From NCBI GenBank assembly GCA_965116875.1, contig OZ220733.1, forward strand, positions 2,176,001-2,240,000: a DNA stretch of 64,000 bases, in the 5' to 3' direction. The number at the start of each line of letters is the position of its first letter. Position 1 is the stretch's first letter. The notes under the pieces are model-generated. The model saw only the letters and a program-made list of their open reading frames with translations, was not told the DNA's origin and did not search any database. The DNA is from Candidatus Latescibacterota bacterium. GTDB taxonomy: Bacteria; Latescibacterota; UBA2968; GCA-2709665. Positions 37,589 to 48,500 of the stretch are shown in pieces. Position numbers and translations under genes: made by a program.

Positions 37589-38323
37589 TCATCTCGTAAA
37601 GACGGTTCCCCTTACGTAGTCCGCGTCGTCCGAAACCAGAAACGCCAGCACCCTGCCAACGCCCTCGGGCTTTCCCAGCCCCGCTCTCATCTCCTCAAGG
37701 TCCCGCCCCTCCAGGTCCGCCTGTTTTTTCAGGACTTCCATCTTCAGGGGCGTATCGAGGCTCCCGGGACACAGCGCATTCACCCGGATTCCCCTGGAAG
37801 CCAGTTGCTGCGCGAGCACCAGTGAGAGCCCGTGTACGCCCCCTTTGCTCGAACCGTATGCCGCGGACGAACTGCCTCCCCGCACCCCGGCGCCGGAAGA
37901 AACCAGCACCAGCACCCCCCCGCCGGACCGCTCCAGAACCGGCGCCACGTGTTTGCACAGCAGAAAACTGCCCTTCAGATTCACGTCCAGTACGCGATCC
38001 CATGTTTCCGTCTCAAACAGGTCGACCGGTACCAGCGCCCCTTCGAGAATCCCTGCGGAGTGAATCAGACCATCGATGCGTCCGAACGTACCGGCTACGC
38101 TGTCCACCATCGCCCGGACCTCGCCCTCTGCGCGAACGTCAACCTGGAATCCCCGCGCCTCACCCCTCGAACCGTCGATTTCACGAACCGTTGCCGCGAT
38201 GCCGTCCCCGTCACAATCCGCCACCGCAACGCGAGCGCCGGCTCTCGCACAGCAGATCGACGCAGCGCGACCGATGCCCGAGGCCCCCCCGGTTACAAGA
38301 ATCACTCTCTCTTTCAACGACAT
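37589..38323 (-). CDS. SDR family oxidoreductase
   Basis: TGGASGIG, YGSSK, VNALCPG. Confidence 0.92.
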   Translation of the reverse strand: MSLKERVILVTGGASGIGRAASICCARAGARVAVADCDGDGIAATVREIDGSRGEARGFQVDVRAEGEVRAMVDSVAGTFGRIDGLIHSAGILEGALVPVDLFETETWDRVLDVNLKGSFLLCKHVAPVLERSGGGVLVLVSSGAGVRGGSSSAAYGSSKGGVHGLSLVLAQQLASRGIRVNALCPGSLDTPLKMEVLKKQADLEGRDLEEMRAGLGKPEGVGRVLAFLVSDDADYVRGTVFTR

Positions 38324-38346
38324 CCTGTGTTGGGTCCCGTCGCGAC

Positions 38347-39774
38347 CTACATGCCTATTGCGTACAGTGTATTGCGTGTCCCGATGTACAGCACGCCGTC
38401 TTTCGCCACGGGCGTTGTGTACACCGCGCTGCCCATATTGACTTCGTTGACCTTCTCGAACTTCGCCGATGCGTTGAATATCATCACGTCGCCGTCTTCG
38501 TCTCCAATGTAAACCTTTCCGTCGGCCACAAAGGGCGAACCCCAGATGGCGGCGTAGGCATCGTAGGTCCAGTGGGGCTTTCCAGTCTTCAGATCCAGAC
38601 AATAGATAAATCCGCTCAGGTCCGCCGCGTACAGCAGCCCGTCGTGGATGGCGACCGTTGACATCGTCCGGTTGAAATCCTTGCCTCCCAGATGCCAGAC
38701 GGCATGGGTGCCGGTGACGTCACCCTTGCCGGTGGCGTCAATCGCCCAGAGATGCCCCACCCCTTCGCCGTGCTCGGGATCCTGTCCCACGCCGATAAAG
38801 ACCTTGTTGTCGTAGATCACGGGCGTGGCGATGATCGCGTTGCGTGTGCCCCGTCCGCCAAGCTCCCAAACGGAGTCCTTCGGATTGCAATCGAACTTCC
38901 AGATCAATTCGCCCGTCTTCGGCGCCACGGAATAAACCCAGCCGTCCCCTCCCGGGAGGATGACCTGCGATTCCCCGTTGATCGTTCCGTAGGCCGGGTT
39001 GGACCACTGCCCGTGCAGGATATTCGTACCGGGATAGGCCTTTTCCCAGACGAGCTCCCCGGTATCCAGGCTGAGTGCGATAAAGCTGGGCGCGAACGGC
39101 GCCGGGATGGCCACGTGGCCTTCATCCACGCCATTGCTGGTGATCACGAACAGCATCCCGTCCGCACCGACAGGCGAACAGGTGGCCAGGTTGTGCGGGA
39201 ACACATCCAGTTCATCCATCATATCGTATTCCCAGACAATATCCGCGCCGTTGGCGCCCGTGACGTCCTCGCTCCGGTACGGCCCGTCGTTTTCCGAGTC
39301 CAGAAAACCCTCGGTATCGGCGCAGACCACCCGACCCTGGTTGGAAACATAGAACAGACGATCGCCCTGGATAAACGGCGTCGAGCAAACTCCCTGCAGC
39401 GGCCAGTCGTTCACCCTTCCCGCGGGCAGCTTCGGGTGGGCCGACTGCCACAGGAATGCCCCGTCGGATTCCCTGAATGCCATCACCACGCCGCGATCAC
39501 CCTTGATATCGGGATTTCGTTCGGCGTGGTTGTTGGTCCCCATAAACACCTTGCCGCCCAGCAGAACGGGTCCGGCGTAGGATTGGGAGCCGAGGGCGGC
39601 CTTCCACTTAACATTCTCTCCCGTCTTCGTATTCCAGTCCGTTGGCAGATTCTTCTCGCCCGATACCAGGTTTCGTGAGGGCGTGAATCCCCACATCGCG
39701 GTCTCCTGGGCGCGTGCGCCCGAAACCGGCCAGAACAACGTAAATGCGACGAAGTATATCCATCCAGATTTCAT
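38347..39774 (-). CDS. Secreted PQQ-binding-like (BamB-like) beta-propeller protein
   Basis: Signal peptide; repeated A.D..TG..VW blades. Confidence 0.88.
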   Translation of the reverse strand: MKSGWIYFVAFTLFWPVSGARAQETAMWGFTPSRNLVSGEKNLPTDWNTKTGENVKWKAALGSQSYAGPVLLGGKVFMGTNNHAERNPDIKGDRGVVMAFRESDGAFLWQSAHPKLPAGRVNDWPLQGVCSTPFIQGDRLFYVSNQGRVVCADTEGFLDSENDGPYRSEDVTGANGADIVWEYDMMDELDVFPHNLATCSPVGADGMLFVITSNGVDEGHVAIPAPFAPSFIALSLDTGELVWEKAYPGTNILHGQWSNPAYGTINGESQVILPGGDGWVYSVAPKTGELIWKFDCNPKDSVWELGGRGTRNAIIATPVIYDNKVFIGVGQDPEHGEGVGHLWAIDATGKGDVTGTHAVWHLGGKDFNRTMSTVAIHDGLLYAADLSGFIYCLDLKTGKPHWTYDAYAAIWGSPFVADGKVYIGDEDGDVMIFNASAKFEKVNEVNMGSAVYTTPVAKDGVLYIGTRNTLYAIGM

Positions 39775-39853
39775 TTTTGTCTTCTTCTCCGGGTATCATT
39801 GTTCGTGTTGACGCCCATCCGGCGATTTATCGGACGTCCGGCAGGAAGCCCGT

Positions 39854-42028
39854 TCAGTACACGCTGACGTTGTCATAGTAAATGTTCGCCGGCGAGTACC
39901 CATACAGCCCGGGGCTGCCTTCCCGAATGGGAAGCGGGTCCTCCGCCTCGATCGTCCATGCGTCAGGTTCCCTGTCACTCCGCTTCCAGACTTTTCCCCT
40001 GACAATCGCCCGACCGCCCTCGAAATCCACTCGCATCTTCATGGTATACCAGACGTCCGGTTCCCATTCAAAAGCCACGCGGTGAACCATCCTCAAATCA
40101 GACGACCAGGACCGGACTTCCAGTCGCTTGTAGGCGCCCTGCAGATCCAGGATGTACCGGTGAGCGACCAATCCCATGTCCGGCAGCCAGCGCTTGCGTC
40201 TGCCGCCCATCAGATCGGCCTGGACGGTATATCCCGACATTTCAGGCGGCCCGATGTACAGATTGGACCGGTCCAGTCCGCGCGCCGCGGGCGGCTTCAC
40301 CAGGACCTTGTTTCCGTTTTTTTCCTCGACCCTGAACCCCCTGCCTCCCCACACCCAATGGCGCGGGTTCTTGCCCACGGCGACTCCCTCGAAGTCCTCG
40401 GTCCAGGGCGGCTCGGGCGACACCCGTACCCATGCCCGCGCGGTCAGCCCCCCGGTCGCGGCAACCACCCATCCGGCCTGTCCCCGTTTCGCCGGTGAAA
40501 ACCGACCGCTCTCAATCCGTCCGTCCAGCGATTCGAGGGACCACGTCACGTCGACCTCTCCAATCAGCCGGCCCAGGTCGTCGTACGCCCGTGCGCTGAG
40601 TGGCAGCACCTCATCGGGTGTGATTGTAATCTCCGCGGGGACGACAAGGATCGACGCCGGATTGCCTCCCGGCGGCGCCCGGGGGCCCGTTTCAGACGGT
40701 GTGGACGCAGGCGCGAATGCCGCCTCACCGTCGCCCAGACAGAACAGGCCCGCTTCGGTTGCGAAGTAGACCCGGCCGTAGGCGACGGCGACCGAACCGT
40801 AAATCTCCGCGGGCCTCCCGCCGGGCATCATGATCTTCCGGTCATCCAGTACCCGCGCCCCCTCATCCGCCACCTTGAGAATCCGGAATCCGCCGTTGAC
40901 TTCGGTGACGTACAATTTTCCGTCGGCCCAGGTGGGAGAACCCTTGCCCACCGTGCCGATGTTCTGCTCCCAGTATTTCCGCCCGGACTGAGCGTCCAGG
41001 CAGTGTACGTTCGCCGAATTGTCAACGACGTACAGGCGCCCCGCGTGAAGGGCCGGCGAAGCATACCCCGCCGCGATTCCGTCCTGGCGCCAGACCTCTC
41101 TTCCCGTTCCCGCGTCGAGGCAAACAACCCGACCCATCGTGGTGTTGTCCACGTTCTCTTCGCTGTGGGTGGCGTACACGAGATTGCCCGCCGCCACCGG
41201 AGACGTGTTGATCCCCCGCCTGCTCAAGGGGAAGCCCCATACCGCTTCACCCGTCGCGGCCCTGAAGGCGAATATCCCCCCGTTTCCGTTCCCCGCGATC
41301 AACAGCCTCCGGCCGTCGACGGTCGCGGCTACAGGTGTGGAATATACGGTCAGGTCGGCCTGTCCGCCCCCGCCCGGCCGCGCCATCCACACGGTCTCTC
41401 CAGTACGCTTGTCGAAGGCCATGTACCTGTGGGATGGAGGGCGGTCCGCCCAGCCCCGGTTTCCCATGCTGATGACGACCAGGTCACCCTCGACCACAGG
41501 GGTATGCAACCTGCCGCCATAGCCCGAAAACCGGTTGAATTCCTCGGTCAGCGACCGGCTCCAGAGGACCCGTCCATCACCGTCGAAACACAGCAGGAGG
41601 CCGTTCACCAGGTGCGCGTACACATTGCCGGTTTCCCCGTCGCCGCCAAGATTCGCCCAGCCCAGCCGGTTGAACGTGATGGTGGAATGCCACACATTGA
41701 ACTTGCGCTCCCATACCAGCCGTCCGTCCTCCGCGTCGAAACAGGCGACGTGTTCCTGCCTGGTTACCCCTTCGCCTGTTCTTCCGATCACGTAGACCCG
41801 CCCATTCAGCACCACGGGCGTGGACCGGCCGATGAATTCCGACCGCCAGACCAGATTCTCTCCGTCCGGAGACCAGCTGGAAATCAGACCGGTTTCCGGA
41901 GACGCGCCGGTCTGCATCGGCCCGCGCCAGTGCGTCCAGTCCGACGCGGCGCCGGAAGTCGACCAGGCGATTGGAAGGAGACCTGTCAGACAGGCCGTGC
42001 GAAGGTGCGCTTTCAGCCGACTCTTCAT
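39854..42028 (-). CDS. Secreted PQQ-binding-like beta-propeller protein with Ig-like and ConA-like C-terminal domains
   Basis: Signal peptide, DWTHWRGP, propeller blades, C-terminal WYTMK...YYDNVSV. Confidence 0.88.
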   Translation of the reverse strand: MKSRLKAHLRTACLTGLLPIAWSTSGAASDWTHWRGPMQTGASPETGLISSWSPDGENLVWRSEFIGRSTPVVLNGRVYVIGRTGEGVTRQEHVACFDAEDGRLVWERKFNVWHSTITFNRLGWANLGGDGETGNVYAHLVNGLLLCFDGDGRVLWSRSLTEEFNRFSGYGGRLHTPVVEGDLVVISMGNRGWADRPPSHRYMAFDKRTGETVWMARPGGGGQADLTVYSTPVAATVDGRRLLIAGNGNGGIFAFRAATGEAVWGFPLSRRGINTSPVAAGNLVYATHSEENVDNTTMGRVVCLDAGTGREVWRQDGIAAGYASPALHAGRLYVVDNSANVHCLDAQSGRKYWEQNIGTVGKGSPTWADGKLYVTEVNGGFRILKVADEGARVLDDRKIMMPGGRPAEIYGSVAVAYGRVYFATEAGLFCLGDGEAAFAPASTPSETGPRAPPGGNPASILVVPAEITITPDEVLPLSARAYDDLGRLIGEVDVTWSLESLDGRIESGRFSPAKRGQAGWVVAATGGLTARAWVRVSPEPPWTEDFEGVAVGKNPRHWVWGGRGFRVEEKNGNKVLVKPPAARGLDRSNLYIGPPEMSGYTVQADLMGGRRKRWLPDMGLVAHRYILDLQGAYKRLEVRSWSSDLRMVHRVAFEWEPDVWYTMKMRVDFEGGRAIVRGKVWKRSDREPDAWTIEAEDPLPIREGSPGLYGYSPANIYYDNVSVY

Positions 42029-42121
42029 TACAGGAATTCCTCTATTTGATGGTTCGATTCAAGGGTCGAAACTTCACGCCCGGTGGCGCCTCACCGGCTG
42101 ATCATACCACGCCGGCGCGGC

Positions 42122-42580
42122 CTACCGGAACGTCCCTTCCGCAATATCCGATTCACCGGCGAATTGCTTGAGATGCTCTATAGCCCTCGCCAGATCGCTT
42201 CGGACCCACGGATCTCTTTCCGTCCGCATTGCGAACTCCAGAATGGCAATGGCCTCGGGCCGTTCGATATGCATGATTGCGACGGCGGCCTGTTGGCGTG
42301 TCCGACGGCTGCCGTCTCTAAGAAACGGCGCCAGGTCGGGAAGCGCTTCGCCGGCGCCCAGCATCCCCAGCGCCCAGACAGCCTTGGCCCGCACTTCCGG
42401 AACCGTGTCTCGCAGCGCCTGTCGCAAATGGGGAACCGCCCCGGGTACGCGGTGTGCGCCCAGGTATGCCGCCGCATCCTCGCGTTCGCGCGGCGATCCG
42501 GACCGGAGCCGCGTAAAGTGATCGTTGTCGCCGGCGCACGCCGCCAGGCCGAGCGACAATATGAGGATTACGCTACGCAT
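42122..42580 (-). CDS. HEAT-repeat lipoprotein
   Basis: Lipobox LAAC; VR..A..ALG repeats. Confidence 0.8.
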   Translation of the reverse strand: MRSVILILSLGLAACAGDNDHFTRLRSGSPREREDAAAYLGAHRVPGAVPHLRQALRDTVPEVRAKAVWALGMLGAGEALPDLAPFLRDGSRRTRQQAAVAIMHIERPEAIAILEFAMRTERDPWVRSDLARAIEHLKQFAGESDIAEGTFR

Positions 42581-43857
42581 TCTTTCAGGGCCTTGTATTG
42601 CGCTTCAACCGTTCGGTCGATATCCTCATCCGTATGCGCCAGCGAGACAAACGTGGCTTCAAACTGGGAGGGCGCAAGATACACGCCCTGTTCCAGCATC
42701 AGACGGAAGTAGCGCGCGAAGGCATCCTGGTCGCAGGCCACGGCGGCTTCGTATCGTGTCACGGCGCGGTCCGTAAAGAACAGGGTCATCATCGACCCGA
42801 CCCGGTTCAGGCGAAAGGGCAATCCGAGCGACTTCAGGTTTTCCCGGAAACCGGCTTCCAGCGCGGCGGACTTTCCTTCGAGCGACTCATAGGCGCCCGG
42901 TTCACGGAGTTGCCTGAGCGTCTCGTAACCAGCCGTCATCGCGAGAGGATTGCCCGAAAGCGTCCCGGCCTGCGATACCCCCCTGCCGAGCGGCGAAATA
43001 TGCGACATGATCTCACGCCGTCCGCCGAACGCGCCCACCGGCAGGCCTCCGCCGATAATCTTCCCGAGCGTGGTCAGATCCGGAGTAATCCCGTACAACC
43101 CCTGGGCGCCGCCCGGATGAATGCGGAAACCCGTAATCACCTCGTCGAAGATCAGCACGATGCCCGAATCGGAGGTGAGGTCGCGCAGCCCCTGCAGGAA
43201 CCCCTCCGCCGGCGGAATCACGCCCATGTTTCCGGCCACCGGCTCGACGATGACCGCCGCGATCTCGTCCGGGTTCTCCGCCACGATCCGCTTGACCGCC
43301 TCAATGTGATTGAAGGGCGCCGTGACGGTACCCGACGCGGTTCCGGCGGTCACGCCGGGGCTGCTGGGCACTCCCATGGTCAGCGCCGACGACCCCGCCT
43401 GAATCAGGAAGCTGTCCGCGTGCCCGTGCCAGCAGCCTTCGAACTTGATCACCTTCTCCCTTCCCGTATACCCCCTGGCCAGACGTACCGCGGACATCGT
43501 GGCTTCCGTGCCCGAGTTTACCATGCGTACCATATCCACGCCAGGCACGAGTTCGGTGACCAGCCCGGCCATTGCAACCTCGATTTCCGTGGGCGCGCCG
43601 AAACTCGTTCCATGTTCGCAGACTTTCCTGATTGCCTCGACGACGACCGGTGGCGCGTGGCCGAGAATCAATGGGCCCCACGAGCAGACGTAGTCGATAT
43701 ATTCCCGCCGGTCCGCATCGAAAACCTTCGATCCGCATCCTCGCGTCACAAAAAGCGGCTGGCCGCCCACCGGGCCGAATGCCCGCGCCGGGCTGTTCAC
43801 CCCCCCGGGAATCACCCGCTGCGCCGCTTCGAATAACGCTGCCGAACGTTCACCCAA
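42568..43857 (-). CDS. hemL: Glutamate-1-semialdehyde 2,1-aminomutase
   Basis: [44 protein letters not shown]; GGAGGT RBS before the TTG start. Confidence 0.96.
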   Translation of the reverse strand: MGERSAALFEAAQRVIPGGVNSPARAFGPVGGQPLFVTRGCGSKVFDADRREYIDYVCSWGPLILGHAPPVVVEAIRKVCEHGTSFGAPTEIEVAMAGLVTELVPGVDMVRMVNSGTEATMSAVRLARGYTGREKVIKFEGCWHGHADSFLIQAGSSALTMGVPSSPGVTAGTASGTVTAPFNHIEAVKRIVAENPDEIAAVIVEPVAGNMGVIPPAEGFLQGLRDLTSDSGIVLIFDEVITGFRIHPGGAQGLYGITPDLTTLGKIIGGGLPVGAFGGRREIMSHISPLGRGVSQAGTLSGNPLAMTAGYETLRQLREPGAYESLEGKSAALEAGFRENLKSLGLPFRLNRVGSMMTLFFTDRAVTRYEAAVACDQDAFARYFRLMLEQGVYLAPSQFEATFVSLAHTDEDIDRTVEAQYKALKECVA

Positions 43858-43913
43858 TGAACACCTCCGTTTTCGTGGCGGCTTCGGGATCTTCCGTTGT
43901 TGCACACCAGCCC

Positions 43914-44081
43914 TTAACAGCCCGTTGAGGAAGTCCATCCGGGCTGCGGCCGGCCCTTGCAGCCGAAATACTGCGTTGCGCTCCCTCGCCGAATCGCAGG
44001 ATGGGACTCGGTCGCGCGCCTTGTCTTCGGCCACAATGGCTCGGCCTCGCCTGCAGAGCGACTTTCTCAACGGACTGTTAA
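43914..44081. mobile_element. MITE-like element (168 bp)
   Basis: 22-bp terminal inverted repeats TTAACAGCCCGTTGAGGAAGTC / GACTTTCTCAACGGACTGTTAA (20/22 match), TTAA at both ends, non-coding interior. Confidence 0.75.
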
Positions 44082-44124
44082 TTTTCCGATTTTGACCGTC
44101 AATGTCAAGTGGCGATTTTTGGGC

Positions 44125-44152
44125 TTGCGACGCGGCACCCGCGACGTATATT
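44125..44152 (+). promoter_or_regulatory. Putative sigma70 promoter for the tRNA-like RNA and uvrA
   Basis: TTGCGA-16-TATATT, 16 nt before the tRNA-like 5' end. Confidence 0.45.
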
Positions 44153-44168
44153 TCGGGCGAACGTGTTC

Positions 44169-44234
44169 GCGGCAGCAGCTCACATTTGGCTTCGGACCGG
44201 AAGGTCGGCGGTTCGAGCCCTGTCTGCCGCACCA
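44169..44234 (+). tRNA. Degenerate, D-arm-less tRNA-Arg(TCG)-like sequence (probable pseudo-tRNA)
   Basis: Perfect 7-bp acceptor stem GCGGCAG/CTGCCGC + ACCA; anticodon loop CTTCGGA; variable loop AGGTC; T loop GGTTCGAGCCC; D-loop deleted; T-stem mismatched. Confidence 0.65.
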
Positions 44235-44282
44235 TCCGGAACCCCCGGTCGTCCAGTCGGGGTCTTGCCTCCCGTATCCCGC

Positions 44283-47054
44283 ATGCCACCCGTCAACGAA
44301 GCGATCCGCATTAGAGGCGCCCGCCAGCATAACCTGCGGGGCCTCGATCTCGACATACCCAAGAACCGGTTCGTGGTCATCACGGGTCCGTCCGGCTCGG
44401 GGAAATCCTCGCTTGCGTTCGACACGATCTACGCTGAAGGACAGCGCAGGTACGTCGAGGCGATGTCCGCCCACGCGAGACGGTTCCTCGAGGTGATGGA
44501 AAGACCGGACGTGGACAGCATCGACGGCCTCTCTCCGGCCGTGGCGATTCAACAGCGGCGGGCCGCGGGAAGCGCCAGGTCGACGGTTGGGACCCTTACG
44601 GAAGTCCATGACCATCTCAGAATCCTGTTCGCGCGTGCCGGTATGCCGCATTGCCCGAACTGCGGCAAACGCCTTGCATCCCGGACCGTGGGTGAGATTG
44701 TGGATACCGTGCTGGCGCTGCCCGATGGTGCGCGTCTTCGGATTCTGGCGCCGCGGATTCGAGAACGAAAGGGTCGTTTCGATCAGGAACTGGAACGTCT
44801 CCGGCGCGACGGATACGTGCGCGTGCGAATCGACGGAGAGGAACGCGCCCTGGACGATGAGATTCGCCTGGACCCAACGAAACCGCACACGATCGACGCG
44901 GTTGTCGACCGTCTGGTCGTCCGTCCGAAAATCGAACGCCGGCTGGCCGACTCACTGGAAACCGCCCTTTCCCTTTCCGGGGGTATGGTCGTTCTGGATA
45001 TCCTCGAAGGCCGCGAGTTGCACTTTTCAACCCGGCTGATCTGCCGGGACTGCGACGTCGGCTTTGTGGAACCGTCCCCGCGTCTGTTCTCGTTCAACGG
45101 ACCGTACGGCGCCTGTCCGGCCTGTAACGGAATGGGCGTGAGGACCGATATCGACCCCGACACCGTCGTCCCGGACCCGCACCGTTCCATCGCCGAGGGC
45201 GCCATCGCACCCTGGGGCGTCCCCAAGGGCCGTGCGACGCTCGATCTGCTCCAGAGGCTTGCGGACCGGTATCGTCTCGATCTCGCCGCGCCGTTCGCGT
45301 CTCTGCCGCCCGAGGCGAAGGAGGCCATTCTGTCGGGCGATCGTTCCCTCGGCTTCGACGGCGTAATCCCCTCCCTGAAAAAGCGGCTTGCGGATGCCGG
45401 CTCGGACGACGCGGCATCAAGACGGGATCCGTACGCCCGCACCGTCGACTGTTCCGACTGCGGCGGCGCAAGATTGCGAACGGAGGCCCTCTCGGTCAGG
45501 ATCGAAGGCATGAACATCGCGCAGGTGTCGGCCATGAGCGTCGATGACGCCATTGATTTCATGGATCGCCTGGAGGGCAGGCTTGGGCCCCGTGACGTCG
45601 TTGAACCCGTTCTTCTCGAGATCCGCAACCGGCTTGTCTTCCTGAGGGACGTGGGCGTGGGCTATCTCACCCTGGAAAGAAACGTCGCCTCGCTCTCAGG
45701 CGGCGAAACACAGCGGATCCGCATGGCCACGCAAATCGGCGCCCGCCTGTCCGGAGTACTCTACGTTCTGGACGAACCCAGTGTCGGTTTGCACCCCAGG
45801 GACAACCGGAAGCTGATCCATACGCTCGAAATGCTCCGTGACCACGGCAATACCGTTCTGGTGGTGGAGCACGACCGGGAAACCATGCTGGCGGCGGACC
45901 ATCTGATCGACCTCGGTCCGGGAGCGGGCGAGGAGGGCGGCGAACTGATGGCCGAGGGCGCCGCCCGGGATATCATGACCGCCGGTGAAGGCATCACGGG
46001 CGCGTATCTGTCCGGACGGAAGACCATCCCCCCGCCTCCCGAAAGACGGGAACCCACCGGCCGGATCGAATTGAAGGGCGCGCGAGGACACAATCTCAAG
46101 TCAATCGACGTATCCCTCCCGCTGGGCATACTCGTCTGCGTCACCGGCGTTTCCGGGTCGGGCAAGAGTACGCTGATCAACGGGACGCTTTACGCGGCAC
46201 TGGCGAAGATGCTTCACAACGCCTCCGCCGAACCTCTCGCGCACGACGGTATCGAGGGCATGTCGAAAATCGACAAGATCATTCGTATCGACCAGACGCC
46301 CATCGGCCGCACGCCCAGGTCGAACCCGGCCACCTACACGGACCTCTTCTCGGACATCCGCGATCTCTACGCGCAACTGCCGGAATCCAGGGTTCGCGGA
46401 TATACGCCGGGTCGATTCAGCTTCAACCTGAAGGGCGGCCGATGCGAGCCCTGCCAGGGCGACGGCCTCAGACGGATCGAAATGGACTTTCTTCCGGACG
46501 TCTACGTGACCTGCGACGCATGCGGCGGCAGCCGATACAACAGGGAAACCCTGGAAATCCGTTACAAGGGCTGTACGATCGCAGACGTTCTGGATATGAC
46601 CGCGGAGAGGGCGCTCACCTTTTTCAGGGATATACCGGGCGCAAGCCGGAAGCTGAAGACGCTTTCGGAGGTCGGCCTGGGATACATCCGGCTGGGCCAA
46701 TCGGCAACCGCCCTTTCCGGAGGCGAAGCACAGCGCATAAAGCTGGCCGCTGAACTTTCCCGTGTGGCAACCGGAAAAACGATGTATATTCTGGACGAAC
46801 CGACAACCGGGCTGCACTTCGAGGACATCCGGTCGCTTATCGCCGTTCTCGACCGGCTGGTGGACAGGGGCAACTCCGTCTTTGTCATCGAACACAATCT
46901 GGATGTGGTGAAACGGGCGGACTGGATTGTCGACCTCGGCCCCGACGGCGGCGATTCCGGCGGCCGGATCGTCGCCGAGGGTCCCCCGGAACGCATTGCC
47001 GCGGCGCCGTCCTCCCACACGGGTCGCTTTCTTAAAGAGGTGATCGAATCATGA
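44283..47054 (+). CDS. uvrA: Excinuclease ABC subunit A
   Basis: IRGARQHNL, two Walker A motifs ([16 protein letters not shown]), LSGGE x2, Zn fingers, [10 protein letters not shown]. Confidence 0.97.
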   Translation: MPPVNEAIRIRGARQHNLRGLDLDIPKNRFVVITGPSGSGKSSLAFDTIYAEGQRRYVEAMSAHARRFLEVMERPDVDSIDGLSPAVAIQQRRAAGSARSTVGTLTEVHDHLRILFARAGMPHCPNCGKRLASRTVGEIVDTVLALPDGARLRILAPRIRERKGRFDQELERLRRDGYVRVRIDGEERALDDEIRLDPTKPHTIDAVVDRLVVRPKIERRLADSLETALSLSGGMVVLDILEGRELHFSTRLICRDCDVGFVEPSPRLFSFNGPYGACPACNGMGVRTDIDPDTVVPDPHRSIAEGAIAPWGVPKGRATLDLLQRLADRYRLDLAAPFASLPPEAKEAILSGDRSLGFDGVIPSLKKRLADAGSDDAASRRDPYARTVDCSDCGGARLRTEALSVRIEGMNIAQVSAMSVDDAIDFMDRLEGRLGPRDVVEPVLLEIRNRLVFLRDVGVGYLTLERNVASLSGGETQRIRMATQIGARLSGVLYVLDEPSVGLHPRDNRKLIHTLEMLRDHGNTVLVVEHDRETMLAADHLIDLGPGAGEEGGELMAEGAARDIMTAGEGITGAYLSGRKTIPPPPERREPTGRIELKGARGHNLKSIDVSLPLGILVCVTGVSGSGKSTLINGTLYAALAKMLHNASAEPLAHDGIEGMSKIDKIIRIDQTPIGRTPRSNPATYTDLFSDIRDLYAQLPESRVRGYTPGRFSFNLKGGRCEPCQGDGLRRIEMDFLPDVYVTCDACGGSRYNRETLEIRYKGCTIADVLDMTAERALTFFRDIPGASRKLKTLSEVGLGYIRLGQSATALSGGEAQRIKLAAELSRVATGKTMYILDEPTTGLHFEDIRSLIAVLDRLVDRGNSVFVIEHNLDVVKRADWIVDLGPDGGDSGGRIVAEGPPERIAAAPSSHTGRFLKEVIES

Positions 47055-47692
47055 TCCGCATCGACTTCGGCACCCTGTACGAATTTGAACGGGAAGACAA
47101 CAGTCGCCGTCGGGAAAACCGGAAGAAGATCCAGGACTTTCTCAGCCTGTGCGAGACGCACAAGGCCACCATTGTCGAGCAGCGGGACTGGAACACACGC
47201 GACCTCATCCATTTCCTGGGTATCTCGCCCAACCTCGTCTTCACCATCACGATTTCGGAAAAATACCTGGGCGTCCAAACCAGCCAGATCCGCGAGAAAT
47301 TCCAGACGTTCAGGGCCGAATACGTTTCCGTGCCCGATCGGCAGGCGATATCTCTCGAGCAGCCTCCGGCGGAAAAACTGGGCCTTCACGACGTTGTGAA
47401 CTGCCCGTCGTGCGGGAAGAACACGCCCTACGACGGATACTTTCAGCACTGTGTGCGTTGCGGCGAAAAGCTGGATACGATGGTGAAGTCATGCAAGACC
47501 TGCACTCACGGCGTCCTTTACCATCCCTCGTATGCCTGCTGCCCCATCTGCGGCAACGAACTCCAACCGGATTACGACAGCCCCCCTCTGAACGAGCTGG
47601 ACCCCCACGGCCTGATCTGGGGCATCTCGAACAAAGAAGAAACCGCCGAAGAAGGCGAAGACCTCTTCGGCGGCGGCGGTCCGCTTGGGTAG
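47051..47692 (+). CDS. Double zinc-ribbon protein
   Basis: Four CxxC pairs (CPSC, CVRC, CKTC, CPIC); ATGA overlap with uvrA. Confidence 0.75.
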   Translation: MIRIDFGTLYEFEREDNSRRRENRKKIQDFLSLCETHKATIVEQRDWNTRDLIHFLGISPNLVFTITISEKYLGVQTSQIREKFQTFRAEYVSVPDRQAISLEQPPAEKLGLHDVVNCPSCGKNTPYDGYFQHCVRCGEKLDTMVKSCKTCTHGVLYHPSYACCPICGNELQPDYDSPPLNELDPHGLIWGISNKEETAEEGEDLFGGGGPLG

Positions 47693-47725
47693 AGTCAGTC
47701 CGAATCCGTCCTTTCCGCTTCCCTT

Positions 47726-48298
47726 TCACACACCCTCGCCCGTATCGTAGACGAAGTTATTTTCGGCGTCGGCGAGTGTGGGGAGTTCGAGGTCCTTCAC
47801 CGAGAGAATTGGATCGGAAACCGGCCAGTCGATGCCAACGGCCGGATCGTTCCACAGGATCCCCCGGTCCAGATCGGGCGCAAACTCCGACGTGACCTTG
47901 TAGACGAATTCGGCCTCATCGCTCAGCACGCAGAACCCGTGGGCAAAACCCTCCGGAACGTAGAACATCCTGAAATTCCCTTCCGACAGCACAACCCCCT
48001 CCCACTTTCCAAAGGTGGGCGCATTCCTGCGGATATCCACGGCAACGTCGAACACCTCGCCCTTCACAACCCTCACCAGCTTGGCCTGTGCCTTCGGATG
48101 CAATTGATAGTGCATTCCCCTCAGAACGCCCCCTGCCGAATGGGAATGGATATCCTGTACGAACTCGGCGGCAATTCCGTTGGCTTCGAAATCCGATTTC
48201 TTGTAAGACTCCATCAGAAAACCGCGACTGTCCTCAAAGACCCGGGGTTCAACCAGAATGAGTCCGGGAATTCCCAATCTTTGGAACCGGAACGGCAT
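47726..48298 (-). CDS. rfbC: dTDP-4-dehydrorhamnose 3,5-epimerase
   Basis: DSRGF, VLRGMHYQ, QAKLVRV, FDVAVDIR, GFAHGF. Confidence 0.95.
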   Translation of the reverse strand: MPFRFQRLGIPGLILVEPRVFEDSRGFLMESYKKSDFEANGIAAEFVQDIHSHSAGGVLRGMHYQLHPKAQAKLVRVVKGEVFDVAVDIRRNAPTFGKWEGVVLSEGNFRMFYVPEGFAHGFCVLSDEAEFVYKVTSEFAPDLDRGILWNDPAVGIDWPVSDPILSVKDLELPTLADAENNFVYDTGEGV

Positions 48299-48500
48299 GC
48301 AGTTTCCTTTCCGGGAGAAATACGCACGACGGGGATTGGTGTCCTGTCCCAAAAATTCCTCACCATTCGACCGCCGATTCATCCCGTCTCGCTGCTTTCC
48401 CCTCGTTCGCCGACCATACACAGGTCGCCTGCGCTCAGGCGCCTTGCGAGCCGTGCGACTCAGCGGTCGAATTCAGGCAACTTATTTCCGGGACAGAACA

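Noticed and set aside
44169-44234. tRNA fragment as a prophage/ICE att site
   Set aside because: Both acceptor strands are present, the flanking genes are core, and no integrase or duplicate 3' end is in the window.
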